Below, one piece after another: positions 1 to 11,263 of a stretch of 64,000 nt of DNA. Both the position numbers and the translations under genes were made by a program. Within the stretch, counting starts at the first letter, position 1. Every line of letters begins with the position of its first letter. This stretch comes from Candidatus Heimdallarchaeota archaeon (GTDB taxonomy: Archaea > Asgardarchaeota > Heimdallarchaeia > Hodarchaeales > Hodarchaeaceae), in NCBI GenBank assembly GCA_011364965.1, contig RDOB01000004.1:116360-180359 (forward strand). Reading direction: 5' to 3'. Under the pieces are notes generated by a model. It did not search any database and had not been told where the DNA came from. It was given only the letters and a program-made list of their open reading frames with translations.

Positions 1-684
1 AACTATAGGAAAACCAAACCGACGAAAGAACAGGATATTTTAATAAAGAATCGATCTCTTGTCGAAAAGCTGTTAAATACTCTCAAGGGGAAAGAATCAA
101 GCCCAGAGGAGATAACCGCTCATATTAAGTGGTTAGAAAAAGTTTCTAAATACATTCCAATTTCTTCAGAAAAAGAGCTCGAAGAAATAATAAGGTATAT
201 GATCCTTTTAAGCAAAGAACGAGCAAAATATAATGAATTGTACGACTATCCAGGGCTAGACCTAATGAAACGCGTTCGGGAGACAATGATTCGCTATATG
301 GTTGTTTTGAGCGAATTACGTGCGCGAAGAAAGGAGTACTTGGAATATTGGTTTACTGACGAATATTGGATAACTGAATTAAGTCGAATATTATTTGATA
401 CGGAACCAACAAAGCCATTGAAGAAATATGGATTTGAAAAAGTCCCAGCAGGGGACTTCCTGCTCTTGTTGCTACTAGAATTGGCCACTGCAGATGATAC
501 CTCAAAATTAGATAAGCCTATGGTTCGATTACAAGCAATAAAAGGTAAAGAAGCAACGTTCATTGTCATTCCGACTGAAGCAGCAGCTTTAGAATATCAA
601 CCTCAGATTGATCAAATCCTTAACAACCAAATTACATTTACTATCTGGGTAAAAGATACCTTAAGAGCATTCAAGTTACCATGA
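1..684 (+). CDS. Hypothetical protein, 5'-partial
   Basis: Frame 1 is open from base 1 (NYRKTKPTKE...) through the listed ATG at 199 to TGA 682-684. No recognisable motif. Confidence 0.75.
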   Translation, partial: NYRKTKPTKEQDILIKNRSLVEKLLNTLKGKESSPEEITAHIKWLEKVSKYIPISSEKELEEIIRYMILLSKERAKYNELYDYPGLDLMKRVRETMIRYMVVLSELRARRKEYLEYWFTDEYWITELSRILFDTEPTKPLKKYGFEKVPAGDFLLLLLLELATADDTSKLDKPMVRLQAIKGKEATFIVIPTEAAALEYQPQIDQILNNQITFTIWVKDTLRAFKLP

Positions 685-708
685 AAACTGATCAAATTAA
701 ACTGGAGT

Positions 709-750
709 GAACTCGAAAATGTAGCTGACAAGCTGCATCAAACCGAGTTC
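709..750 (+). terminator. Stem-loop in the 3' UTR followed by T-rich sequence (possible terminator or stability element)
   Basis: GAACTCG/CGAGTTC outer stem and ATGTAGCT/AGCTGCAT inner stem (one G-U pair), GACA loop, 24 nt after the stop codon. Confidence 0.35.
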
Positions 751-1047
751 CATACTAATTTTTTATGAATTTATTTCCTTGCAAAAACAAGATTTGTATA
801 AAAATAACAGGAGATAATTTTGTCCATTATTTGGCATGTTTTTTTCCTATTCATTAATTCTATATTAGTTAAAAACAATATACCACGAAGTTTAAAATTA
901 TACTTAAAGGTATATTCTTCTAAATGATATTTCCTAGTCAGCATTGGTAATATTCAAAGCTTATATTCAAATACCGCAAGGTTTAATAAGTCATATTAGA
1001 AAATATTATCCTACGTTCGTTCAAAATCGTGATGAGGTCGAGTAGAC

Positions 1048-1659
1048 ATGGCTCGGGGTAACAAGTATGAAACAGATCCAAAGCTACTAGATGTTCTACT
1101 TGAGACCCATAGACCTCTTTCTGTATCTGAGTTAGGACGGATCAGTGGATTAGGACGAGACAAAGCTCGTAGTTTCACAGATCGAATTATTCTAGGCAAA
1201 GCTGGAGTCCCTCCCCCTCCTGGGGTCAGAATTGTTGATATACTCATGTCTCGTGTTAATTCAAACCATCACTTCCGTTTTGTAGGAATAAAAGACGAGT
1301 CTTACTGGAAAGATTGGTTAAATCAAGTCACTAAGGAAGGATATCGAATTGCAAGAGATCATTTTGATATTTTTCCTAATTATGAACTTGATCCTGCCCT
1401 TCTCGATACCATTCGGAAGAATGTATCAGCAATTAAAGAAGCAGCAGGTCGGAATAATCGTTCTCCAGAACGCTTCCTTGATGAAATGCTTGCTTATGTT
1501 TTACATCCTAATTTCGAGAAAGGAAGGTCTTTACTAAATATTATTGCTGCAGCAGCTCAATCTAATGAGGATCAAACAGAGAAATTAGTAGCTTTGAGAT
1601 TTTTATCTCGTTCAGGCTTCATTAGAAGCCAATCTAACCCCAAAAAGGAGGATAGCTAG
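1048..1659 (+). CDS. Hypothetical protein with N-terminal winged-HTH-like segment
   Basis: LLDVLLETHRPLSVSELGRISGLGRDKARS has an HTH pattern. Stop overlaps the next start (TAGTG). Confidence 0.65.
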   Translation: MARGNKYETDPKLLDVLLETHRPLSVSELGRISGLGRDKARSFTDRIILGKAGVPPPPGVRIVDILMSRVNSNHHFRFVGIKDESYWKDWLNQVTKEGYRIARDHFDIFPNYELDPALLDTIRKNVSAIKEAAGRNNRSPERFLDEMLAYVLHPNFEKGRSLLNIIAAAAQSNEDQTEKLVALRFLSRSGFIRSQSNPKKEDS

Positions 1660-2684
1660 TGGTTAAGAAGGTTCAAAAAATAAAACCGATTTCACGAACG
1701 CTCAATCCTCCTAATACCGATTTTGATAACATTCTTGATCGCTTAGCCAGCTTTGATACTCCTGAGGAGGAAATTATTGTAATCACCGATGTTTTCGGCG
1801 TAGCTGATAACATTCTAGATGACTTGGGTCAAATTGAAGCAGATATTTCTCGGATTCAAGAGCAGCGACCTGATTTTCAACCTCCCCGTAGAAAAGCTCT
1901 TATTTTTTCTGATTCCACTGATGTTCTTTCTGAGCTTGGCTCATTATTCCTAAATTGCCGTATATGTAACAATGGGATCCTTAAACACGAACTCATTAAT
2001 GGACTCTGTTTTGAGTGTCATAATAAGTCCGAACTCGTTCAGGAAAAGGAACATCTTATTGTAGAGGATGAATTTAAATTTGAACCTCTCTTAAATCGGA
2101 TTCGAGAATTAGAATCCCAAGTTCGGGAATTACGATCTAAATTAGACGCCAATCTGCAATCAAATACTTTATTTTCATCCCCTACTGTTCATTCTACACC
2201 TCCTCCACCTCCTCCAGCTCCTTCTGCATTTAATGTTACACCTGTTGTGGAATCCCAAGATATCAATTTTTCTGAAATGACCTTAGAGGAATTGAAAGCC
2301 CTCAATCCTATTCTTTTGGGCAGTTTATCACTTCATCAAAAAAACCTCTTCAATACTCGTTTAAAGGAGTTAGAAGAGCTGCAAAATTTGACTCCTTCTC
2401 AGAAAGCTGAATACCTCAAACGAAAGGAACACGAATCTCTTCAGGCTCTTCATCTAAATGAATTTAAAAATGCCTTAAAGAACTTGGAAGAACTAGGTAA
2501 TCCATTATTTGCTAAGATGCGAGAGCAAGCCGAGCAATCGGCCATTACTGGATATGGTACTTTTGGAAGTTTCAGCAAAAAGACACTTTACATTCCCTGT
2601 TACAGTTGTGGAGATACCAATGAGCTGGAAGAAGATGATGAATTTAGGTGTAAATTCTGTCAAGCTCCACTAAGTGAAAGATAA
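1659..2684 (+). CDS. Hypothetical protein: Zn-finger, coiled coil, polyproline tract, C-terminal Zn ribbon
   Basis: CRIC..CFEC, heptad stretch RIRELESQVRELRSKL, TPPPPPPAP, CYSC..CKFC. Confidence 0.75.
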   Translation: MVKKVQKIKPISRTLNPPNTDFDNILDRLASFDTPEEEIIVITDVFGVADNILDDLGQIEADISRIQEQRPDFQPPRRKALIFSDSTDVLSELGSLFLNCRICNNGILKHELINGLCFECHNKSELVQEKEHLIVEDEFKFEPLLNRIRELESQVRELRSKLDANLQSNTLFSSPTVHSTPPPPPPAPSAFNVTPVVESQDINFSEMTLEELKALNPILLGSLSLHQKNLFNTRLKELEELQNLTPSQKAEYLKRKEHESLQALHLNEFKNALKNLEELGNPLFAKMREQAEQSAITGYGTFGSFSKKTLYIPCYSCGDTNELEEDDEFRCKFCQAPLSER

Positions 2685-2714
2685 GATTAGCTTTTAAATG
2701 AAGACTGATTCACC

Positions 2715-4583
2715 TCACCCATTTGGCTCCTCTCTCTTCTTTGTTTCAGTTATTTCTGATTTTTTCGTTTTTAGGCCTCTTAGGTTTGTTGAAGTACGCA
2801 ATTTATCGATTCTATGATAGGCTTGCTTCCACAGTTTTTGGATCTGCTGAAGTTCAGGCATTTTTGAGATAATCTGAGGATCTTTCGTGAGTGCATCCAC
2901 CGTATCTGTTACAAGCAATAATTCAACATCTTTCACTTCCTCAGTCACCTTCTTTTTCTCAGGTTCGTCTGCAAGTAATACTAGTTGTCGCTTTTTCAAA
3001 TTGAGATCAATCAGCTCTTCTGTATACCTATTTTTGGTCCGTTTATAAGCTGCTTCTGATATTTCCCCTTTTTCGCGGGCATTCAAGAGAATGTTCAATG
3101 TTTCTTCGACAAGGGAGATCTGATATTCTATGTATTCCCCTCTTGACTCCTCTTGTGCAAGTAAGGTCTGATATCTTTCCTCTAAGAGGAATAGTTCCTC
3201 TTTTAAGGGATAACTTAAGCGACGAAAATCACTGGATCTTATCATTTTCTCAGTCCGATCTTTCACTAACTTTTCTAGCTCAGCCTCAATAGCAAGTTTT
3301 TGGGCCTTTATTTCCTCTAATTCACTTAGCTCCTCCACGACTTCAGTTTTTCTTGAAACTGGCCTAATAATTAATCCTTGCAGGGTTCCAGTTAGTAACA
3401 CCACAATAAGTGAGGAATAAAGAAGGAGTTCTGCAAGTGGAGGATTTAATGGTTCCAAATTAACATAAGCGTATAATGCCAGAATAGCTGTTGTCAGACC
3501 TTTAAATCCAGCGATTCCTACAAACAAGCGTTCTTTATTTGTGAAAAATCTAGCTGTTTTGATTTGTAATTCTAGTGGTAAGGTCACAGCAAATACCGCA
3601 ATAATCCGACTGCCGATTACAATTAGACTAATAAGGGCAGCGATAAAAATATAATTAGGTAATATCTTAATGCTTAAAAGAACCCCAATGAATATAAAAG
3701 CCACGATTTCAAATAGAAACGTAACATCTTCCCAGAAATCATAAAGGTGAGTACGTGAGAAGAACGCTTCCAAGCCGATATACCGAGGATTACGAATTAT
3801 TACCCCACTAACAATGGCTGCAATCGCAGAGGATATCTGGAGGGGACCAGAAATTACAAATATCAAAAAAACTGCGCTTAAGGAAATAAATGAGATTTCA
3901 CTTTTTTTCTCCACGATGACCATGAATCGAAGTGCTCCCCAGCCAATGATACCCCCAATAATGATTCCTCCAATGATTGCCCATCCACCAAGGATAATGA
4001 GGTTGAAGGAAAATTGAAGTTGTCCCTCCCCCTCAATTAGTTGAGGAACAAAGATAATTACCACTAATAGAATTGCTATTACATCATTAAAAGCGCTCTC
4101 TCCTCCTAAGATTGTCTCAATCTGTTCTTTGACCCGTGTCCCTCCTCCCCGAAGAATGGAAAACGTAGCTGCAGGATCTGTTGGAGCGATAGTTGCTCCT
4201 ACTAATAATGCAGCTAATAAACCAATAGAAGTGAAATGAAATAATTCAATAGATATACCAACTAAAAATGCCGTTAAAAAAGTCCCAAAGAAGGCTAAGA
4301 GGAGGATGGGGAGAAAATATCTCCTTAAGGCTGTGATATTGGTATGCATGCCCTCTTTGAAAAGCACAATAATCAACGCCATTTCTGCAATCAGTAAAGT
4401 AGTATCTCTTATTACATTCAATTCAAGGGTAAAATCGGTATAAGCAACTAAAAAAGTAAGAACTAATCCTGTGAGTATTAAAGGAATTGTTTTAGGGAAT
4501 TTATATATTTCCGCAGCTCTTCCAACTAATACACCGGCAAAAATCACAACAATGAGAGTATATACAGCTGTTAATTCGCTCAA
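2715..4583 (-). CDS. CPA1-family Na+(K+)/H+ antiporter (NhaP-like) with long helical cytoplasmic tail
   Basis: About 12-13 hydrophobic segments; APTDPA and GESAFND motifs of CPA1. Confidence 0.9.
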   Translation of the reverse strand: MSELTAVYTLIVVIFAGVLVGRAAEIYKFPKTIPLILTGLVLTFLVAYTDFTLELNVIRDTTLLIAEMALIIVLFKEGMHTNITALRRYFLPILLLAFFGTFLTAFLVGISIELFHFTSIGLLAALLVGATIAPTDPAATFSILRGGGTRVKEQIETILGGESAFNDVIAILLVVIIFVPQLIEGEGQLQFSFNLIILGGWAIIGGIIIGGIIGWGALRFMVIVEKKSEISFISLSAVFLIFVISGPLQISSAIAAIVSGVIIRNPRYIGLEAFFSRTHLYDFWEDVTFLFEIVAFIFIGVLLSIKILPNYIFIAALISLIVIGSRIIAVFAVTLPLELQIKTARFFTNKERLFVGIAGFKGLTTAILALYAYVNLEPLNPPLAELLLYSSLIVVLLTGTLQGLIIRPVSRKTEVVEELSELEEIKAQKLAIEAELEKLVKDRTEKMIRSSDFRRLSYPLKEELFLLEERYQTLLAQEESRGEYIEYQISLVEETLNILLNAREKGEISEAAYKRTKNRYTEELIDLNLKKRQLVLLADEPEKKKVTEEVKDVELLLVTDTVDALTKDPQIISKMPELQQIQKLWKQAYHRIDKLRTSTNLRGLKTKKSEITETKKREEPNG

Positions 4584-4880
4584 GATATCACACTCACAAC
4601 CTAGGTTTGTGTATTCATTTAATAATAGTAATCTTTGAGGTGATTAAGTAATTTTGAGATGGTTTTAGTTAAAATTCCTCAAATAAGAACCAGTAGTCTT
4701 AATATGAAAATCATTATGACAATAATAAAATCGTCTTAAGGCTTTTTGAAGAAATGAAGGGTTATATAGGTTTGAAATCTTGAAGATATTAATTCTCTTT
4801 AAAGATATCTTTCGACATTTATTGATTCGGGGTTAGAAATGTTCTCCTTATTAGTAATTAAAGTATAACAGTGAGGTTAG

Positions 4881-7406
4881 ATGGCTCAACTTATTAATCC
4901 TTGGGCAAAAGACAGTAGTGATCTGATTGATCTCTTAGAATCAGATTTATATGGTTTAACACAAGAAGAATCCAATAAACGATTAACTCAATATGGTTTG
5001 AATTTATTAAGCCCAAAGAAAAAATTAAATACAGTTTCTGCTCTTTTAAGTCAATTTAAAAGTCCCATTATATTTCTATTGTTATCTGCTGCTTTTCTGG
5101 CCTTTATAACTGGAGACCAAATTGATGGAATAATAATAAGTGCAATAATCCTCTTTAGCAGTCTGTTAGGATTTTGGCAGGAAAGAATGGCGACTAATGC
5201 AATTGAAAAATTAATGTCTAGAATCCACACCCATGCTAAAGTTTTAAGAAAGGGAAATCCAGTCTTAATCCCGCTAGAACAGATTGTTCCAGGAGATATC
5301 ATTCTATTATCTGCTGGGAACATTGTTCCAGCTGATTTACGTTTATTGGAAACAAATCAATTGTTTACCAACGAAGCTACGTTAACTGGGGAAACTTTTC
5401 CAATAGAAAAATCCCCGAGTATTTTGAATGAAGATTCATCTCTTTCTAAAAGAACTAATATGGTATATATGGGAACTTATATAGTAAGTGGCACTGGGAA
5501 GGGATTAGTTATTAAAACAGGTCAAGAAACTGAGTTGGGAATGATTTCAGCAAGATTAGGGACCAAAACTCCCACTCCTGAATTTGAACGAGGAATTAAA
5601 CAATTTGGATTGGTACTGATGGAAATTGTCCTTCTCATTACCATTACAATATTTGGCATTAATGTGTATCTTAATAGGCCTGTTCTTGATTCATTTCTTT
5701 TTGCTCTTGCTTTAGCTGTAGGTCTGACTCCACAGCTATTGCCAGCTATAATCATGGTAAATCTCTCCCGAGGAGCAAAAAAAATGGCTGATAAGAAAGT
5801 GATAGTTAAAAAATTGACCTCAATCGAAAATTTTGGGAGTATGAATGTGCTATGTTCAGATAAAACGGGGACATTAACCCAGGGGATTATGACAATTCAT
5901 TCTACTGTTGATATTGAGATGCACACACAAGTAAAAATTTTGGATTATGCCTATCTAAATGCTTATTATCAAACAGGTTTTCAGAATCCTATAGATGACA
6001 CAATTTGTGCCTCTCATACAGTTAATGCACCAGAATTTCGGAAATTAGATGAACTTCCATATGATTTTATACGCAAAAGAATTAGTGTTCTATTTTCCAC
6101 TCCTGGAATGAATATTATAATCGCAAAGGGAGCTGTCACTAATTTATTAGAGATATGTAATTATATCGAAAAATCTGATGGAGCGGTCCTTGAAATTGAC
6201 ATTTATACAGAAAAAATTCATTCACTCCTTTCCGAATTCAGTACTCAAGGATTAAGATGTATTGGAATTGCTTATAAAAATGTTGATACTTTAACGAAGA
6301 TGAGTAGAGCTGATGAAGCTGAATTTGTATTTTTAGGCTTTCTTCTTTTAATGGATCCGTCTAAACCAGAAGTTCCAGCAGTCATCCAAGAATTAAAATC
6401 TTTGGGTATTACATTACGAATCATTACAGGAGACAATCAACATATTGCAAAAACAGTTGCAGAGAATGTTGGAATCATCCATCCCCAGATCATAACAGGC
6501 AATCAAATACGTAAACTCAGTGATGAGGCATTAATTATTCAAGCAAATCAAACTGATGTTTTTGCAGAAATTGAACCAAATCAGAAGGAGCAAATCATCC
6601 TAGCTTTAAGAAAAAGTGGAAATGTCGTTGGTTACATGGGAGATGGGATTAATGATGCTTCAGCCTTACATGCAGCAGATGTGGGGATCTCTGTTGATTC
6701 AGCTGTAGATGTAGCTAAAGAAGCTTCAGAAATTATTCTTCTCGAGAAAAACCTCGAAGTTCTTTTGAATGGTATCAATGAAGGGAGGAAAACTTTTGCA
6801 AATTCCTTAAAGTATGTTTTAATAACCATTAGTGCTAATTTTGGAAATATGTTTTCTATGGCAATAGCTTCTCTCTTTCTCCCATTCCTTCCCTTGCTAC
6901 CAACACAAATACTTCTAATAAATTTTATGACCGATTTCCCCTCAATGACAATAGCTACTGACGATGTTGATCTGGAAATGATAAAAACTCCCAAAAGATG
7001 GAATATTAGAGATATTACGGAATTCATGATTACGTTTGGATTAATGAGTACAATTTTTGATGTTTTAACTTTTATTGTGTTGATTTCCGTACTCCATGCC
7101 CAAGAAGCAGAATTTCAAACAGGATGGTTCTTAGTCTCGGTTGTATCGGAATTGTTGATACTTTTAGTGATTAGAACACGAAAGATATTCTATAAAAGCA
7201 AACCGAGTAATAATTTATTAATATCGACCATCATTGTGATTTTAGCAACATTAATCGTTCCCTTTACTCCTTTAATTTCCTTGTTTGGATTTTCACCCAT
7301 TCCCCCAATGTTTTTAGTAATCCTTGCAGTTATTATCAGTCTGTATATACTTACAACTGAATTAGGAAAACGAATCATTTATTCTCACATTAAATTCTTT
7401 TCCTAA
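4881..7406 (+). CDS. mgtA: Mg2+-transporting P-type ATPase (type IIIB)
   Basis: TGET, AVGLTPQLLP, CSDKTGTLT, ELPYDFIRKR, GDGINDA and SANFGNMFS motifs. Confidence 0.9.
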   Translation: MAQLINPWAKDSSDLIDLLESDLYGLTQEESNKRLTQYGLNLLSPKKKLNTVSALLSQFKSPIIFLLLSAAFLAFITGDQIDGIIISAIILFSSLLGFWQERMATNAIEKLMSRIHTHAKVLRKGNPVLIPLEQIVPGDIILLSAGNIVPADLRLLETNQLFTNEATLTGETFPIEKSPSILNEDSSLSKRTNMVYMGTYIVSGTGKGLVIKTGQETELGMISARLGTKTPTPEFERGIKQFGLVLMEIVLLITITIFGINVYLNRPVLDSFLFALALAVGLTPQLLPAIIMVNLSRGAKKMADKKVIVKKLTSIENFGSMNVLCSDKTGTLTQGIMTIHSTVDIEMHTQVKILDYAYLNAYYQTGFQNPIDDTICASHTVNAPEFRKLDELPYDFIRKRISVLFSTPGMNIIIAKGAVTNLLEICNYIEKSDGAVLEIDIYTEKIHSLLSEFSTQGLRCIGIAYKNVDTLTKMSRADEAEFVFLGFLLLMDPSKPEVPAVIQELKSLGITLRIITGDNQHIAKTVAENVGIIHPQIITGNQIRKLSDEALIIQANQTDVFAEIEPNQKEQIILALRKSGNVVGYMGDGINDASALHAADVGISVDSAVDVAKEASEIILLEKNLEVLLNGINEGRKTFANSLKYVLITISANFGNMFSMAIASLFLPFLPLLPTQILLINFMTDFPSMTIATDDVDLEMIKTPKRWNIRDITEFMITFGLMSTIFDVLTFIVLISVLHAQEAEFQTGWFLVSVVSELLILLVIRTRKIFYKSKPSNNLLISTIIVILATLIVPFTPLISLFGFSPIPPMFLVILAVIISLYILTTELGKRIIYSHIKFFS

Positions 7407-7465
7407 CCTCCATTCAATGGAAATTCCAATTGAATATTAGTATGAAATTTCATATAGCTTGGAAT

Positions 7466-8146
7466 CTACCATATTTTAGGTATTAAACGATATGGTACCT
7501 TTTTTATATAGTCAATATAGCCTATAAGCTCTTTTTTCAACATTTTTTCTTCATTCTGTATCCGAAATACTAGGAAAAAGGGGATAAATGGAGCTAATAC
7601 AAGTGATACCAAAGAACCAAGCGCAATTGGTGTGCTAAATGCCAGAAGTATAAAACTTACATACATTGGATGACGTACGTGTTTATACGGTCCAGTCATT
7701 ATCACAACCTGATCTTCATGAGTCATTAATCCTTTTGACGCGAATGAATTCATTTTCATTACCCAAAAATTAAGGAGATAGGTAATCACGAGACCTGAAA
7801 AGCCAAATATTTTAATAATATTCGGTAATTGCGTCCATTGAAATTGATAATCAAATCCGGGAAGTATCATCACTAACAAGAAGAAAAATCCAAATATAAT
7901 CAGGGCTGTATTTTCCATTTTACTCGATGAGAGTTTTCTCCGTTTTTTAAGTGTTGCAGGATCTTTGATAATGAAATAAAAAGTCATGAGGATATAGTAC
8001 ACAACTAATATTAAGATATAAATCCATCCCTCCATCCAATTCACTGTTCCTGCTGGAATAAATAGCAGAGCTCCCATAAATAAGATCAAAAATGGAATAG
8101 CAAGACTATATCTAATCATTTGAATTATAATGGTAAATTTTGACAT
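7466..8146 (-). CDS. Isoprenylcysteine carboxyl methyltransferase (ICMT/Ste14/PEMT) family membrane protein
   Basis: TM helices plus TGPYKHVRHPMY, RIQNEEKML and Y..Y...VPYRLIP. Confidence 0.88.
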   Translation of the reverse strand: MSKFTIIIQMIRYSLAIPFLILFMGALLFIPAGTVNWMEGWIYILILVVYYILMTFYFIIKDPATLKKRRKLSSSKMENTALIIFGFFFLLVMILPGFDYQFQWTQLPNIIKIFGFSGLVITYLLNFWVMKMNSFASKGLMTHEDQVVIMTGPYKHVRHPMYVSFILLAFSTPIALGSLVSLVLAPFIPFFLVFRIQNEEKMLKKELIGYIDYIKKVPYRLIPKIW

Positions 8147-8261
8147 TTTTATCCTAATATTTATCTTGCTTATTTTAAGTTATAAGCCCTTACTAGAATT
8201 ATTAAAGGTCAATTAGAATTTTGTGAACACCTCATCTTCCCCGAAAGCCCTTAAGAGTGCT

Positions 8262-10622
8262 TTATCCACACTTTGAATAGCCGCAAACCCGACAGAGACT
8301 ACAACCTTCGCTATACTCTAGAATATTCCCACACTCAGGACATTCGGGTCGTTGGCCGGTTTCTATCCCTTTTGAGATATTGGTGATATGGAGGGAATCA
8401 TCTTCAGTGGAAAGTTCTTTTTTAGTGACTTGGGAGGTTTCAGAGAATTTGAATTCTGATCCATTGTCACTATATTCTTTAAGAAAATGATCAATTGTTT
8501 TGGCTACGGCATCCGCGCACGATAGAATTGGGCCCTCGGAACTGAAGGTTGGAGATGGACACCGAATGGATCTTAATTGAATGATAATTTCTTCAGGATC
8601 GATTCGACTTCGTAACGCGAGTGAGATTAATCGACCGAGTGATTCTACATGAGATGCGACACATCCTCCTGATTTCCCAAGGGAAAGGAAGACTTCGGTT
8701 AAGCCTTCGTCATCTTCATTTATCGTGACAAATAAATTAGTTCCACACCCAACGCGGATTCGTTGAGTAATTCCCCGGGTAACATCAGGACGATAGCGAG
8801 GTTTTTTCGTAACCTGCTTCTCTTCGATTGTCTCGACCTTCGTCCCTTTGGAGTCTTTTGTACCAGTTTTGGACAATACATCATAGGATCGGGAGCCTGA
8901 TCGATAGACCGTAATGCCTTTACACCCTAGTTCATATGCTAATAGATAAGCTTGTTTGATATCTTCCTGAGTAGCAGTTTCTGGAAAATTTATTGTTTTG
9001 GAGACTGCATTGTCGACTCCTGAGGTTTGGAATGCTGCTTGCATTTTTACATGAGCTGCAGGGGTGATATCATGAGCGGTCGCAAATATACGCTTGATTT
9101 CTGCAGGTATTGTGTCAATCTTTTTCAAAGACCCCTGTTTGGCAACTTCCGCCATTAATTCAGATGAATAAAAGCCCTCATGTTTCGCTATCTCAACGAA
9201 ATACGGATTTCCTTCAACAAGGATATCGTCATCTAATACACGTCGCTCATAGGTCAGCATAAATAATGGTTCGATCCCACTCGAACAACTCGCGATAATT
9301 GAGAGACTTCCTGTAGGTGCGATAGTGGTGAGGGTCGCATTTCGCAACATTGAGTATTTTTCGCGAAAGATACTTCGGTTGAAATTTGGAAATGAACCCC
9401 GCTCCTCTGCTAATGTTTGAGACGCCTGTAGCGCAGAAGTATGAATGAATCTCATAACTCGTCTAGCTACCTCCAAACCTTCCTCGGAATCATAGGGAAC
9501 TCTCAGTTTGATCAGCATATCAGCAAATCCCATGACTCCAAGACCAATTTTACGATTCTCACGAGTAGTTTCAGCGATCTCGGGTAACGGAAAGGAAGAA
9601 ACATCAATGACATTATCAAGAAATCTAACGGCTAATTTCACCGTTTTTTCGAGTTTTCCATAATCGATGTGATATTTCAAAGGATTCGTAGAATCTTGAT
9701 TAAGCATTCGGGTTAAATTGATAGACCCAAGATTACACGAGCCATAGGGGAGTAAAGGTTGCTCTCCGCAAGGGTTAGTTGCCTCAATGGCTCCTATTTC
9801 TGGAATAGGGTTTGTAGCATTAATCCGATCGAGAAAGATGATGCCAGGTTCTCCATTTTTATGTGCCATAGCTACAATTTCTTCAAAAACCTCTTTAGCT
9901 TTGAGTTGCCCGACTTCCTCCTGATTTCGAGGATTGATCAAAGGATAATTATGATCATTAATGACAGCTTTCATAAAATCCTCCGTTAAACCCACAGAAA
10001 TATTGAAATTGTTAAGAACGGTCAAATCTTCTTTACAATGGATAAATTTCATGATATCGGGGTGATCAACCTTCAAAATCCCCATATTCGCTCCCCTGCG
10101 CCGTCCTCCTTGCTTAATTATTTCTGTAGCACTATTAAAGACTGTCATGAATGAAATAGGCCCACTTGCTACCCCTCCAGTGGTTTGAACCTTATCATTA
10201 ATAGGACGCAAGCGTGAAAAAGAAAATCCTGTCCCTCCACCAGTTTTGTGAATAATGGCAGCGTTTTTAACTGCTCTGAAGATGGAATCCATATCATCTT
10301 CCACTGGTAAGACAAAGCAAGCTGAAAGCTGGTTGATTGGAGTACCTGCATTCATTAAAGTGGGGGAATTAGGTAGAAATTCGAGATTAGCCATTATATT
10401 ATAGAAGAGAGTCTCATATTTTCTAGGATCTCCGCCATATCGTGATTCATTTTCTGCAATTGAGCGCGCCACACGTTTGAAAAGCTGTATAGATGTTTCA
10501 ATCAACTCCCCTCGTTCATTCCGCAATAAATAACGCTTTTCAAGCACAATTTTGGCATTTGGAGTTAATTGTGGAGTAACGAGTGCTATCGCAGATTCTT
10601 GCTTATCGAGCATAGATTTCAC
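8262..10622 (-). CDS. nrdJ: Adenosylcobalamin-dependent (class II) ribonucleotide reductase with C-terminal TSCPD/Zn-ribbon region
   Basis: PNSPTLMNAG, QLSACFV, TNPCGEQPL, TTIAPTG, C-terminal CPECG..CRVCGYSKCG. No intein is evident. Confidence 0.95.
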   Translation of the reverse strand: MKSMLDKQESAIALVTPQLTPNAKIVLEKRYLLRNERGELIETSIQLFKRVARSIAENESRYGGDPRKYETLFYNIMANLEFLPNSPTLMNAGTPINQLSACFVLPVEDDMDSIFRAVKNAAIIHKTGGGTGFSFSRLRPINDKVQTTGGVASGPISFMTVFNSATEIIKQGGRRRGANMGILKVDHPDIMKFIHCKEDLTVLNNFNISVGLTEDFMKAVINDHNYPLINPRNQEEVGQLKAKEVFEEIVAMAHKNGEPGIIFLDRINATNPIPEIGAIEATNPCGEQPLLPYGSCNLGSINLTRMLNQDSTNPLKYHIDYGKLEKTVKLAVRFLDNVIDVSSFPLPEIAETTRENRKIGLGVMGFADMLIKLRVPYDSEEGLEVARRVMRFIHTSALQASQTLAEERGSFPNFNRSIFREKYSMLRNATLTTIAPTGSLSIIASCSSGIEPLFMLTYERRVLDDDILVEGNPYFVEIAKHEGFYSSELMAEVAKQGSLKKIDTIPAEIKRIFATAHDITPAAHVKMQAAFQTSGVDNAVSKTINFPETATQEDIKQAYLLAYELGCKGITVYRSGSRSYDVLSKTGTKDSKGTKVETIEEKQVTKKPRYRPDVTRGITQRIRVGCGTNLFVTINEDDEGLTEVFLSLGKSGGCVASHVESLGRLISLALRSRIDPEEIIIQLRSIRCPSPTFSSEGPILSCADAVAKTIDHFLKEYSDNGSEFKFSETSQVTKKELSTEDDSLHITNISKGIETGQRPECPECGNILEYSEGCSLCRVCGYSKCG

Positions 10623-11263
10623 TGATTTTCCTTACTGTCAGCTCAATGGGATTGCTGATTCAATTCTATGTAAATGAGTCTGTTTTGTTATTCAATTGGA
10701 GATTTTCATATAAGGACACGAATTAGAAATTGAATCCTGACAATTTTCATCCCGCTTGGCATCACAATATAGATTCAAATGATAATTTATTAAATTAGTT
10801 CTTTCATTCAATTTGTCGGTTCATCATTTTAAATAAAGGATTTTCTGTAGATTTTTCAAGTCATCATCTGAGGAGGAATTCTGGAATTCACTCGAAATTT
10901 AGGGGAAAATCAAAGAATCGTAAGAGGAATGACCGAGTGTTCTTCTAGACATTGATTTTTAGATTATTAGAGAAAGAATCAATCGATGATGATAAATTCT
11001 ATTCGAATATATCAGAGCATTTGTGTTTTCGAGAAGTTTATTAAGGGTACCAAGCACAGAATACCCATCCTCCTAGCTTTGTCTTTTTCATATTAAATGA
11101 ATTAATAAATTGTATAGCCCTTAAATTTTCTATTGGTAGTCTAGTTTTCATCAGATTATTGATCTCATCAGAACACAGATTGAAAAAAAGCTTCTTATAT
11201 CTATTGTAGTAATTCCCAGCAGTGAGGTTGTCCCTTTCCTGTCTTGATTGATGAGATTTTTGT

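Noticed and set aside
682-768. TGA stop followed by a hairpin and 27 more open codons: possible selenocysteine readthrough/SECIS
   Set aside because: The hairpin lacks the AUGA/GA core of eukaryote/Loki-type SECIS, and the TGA is not in a redox-motif context.
875-975. Repeated TATATTC-like words upstream of the HTH gene at 1048
   Set aside because: Spacing is irregular and the words are expected by chance in very AT-rich DNA.
10623-11260. Long leader of B12-dependent nrdJ: possible cobalamin riboswitch or hidden gene
   Set aside because: No B12-box or GC-rich structured segment, and no credible ORF is visible.
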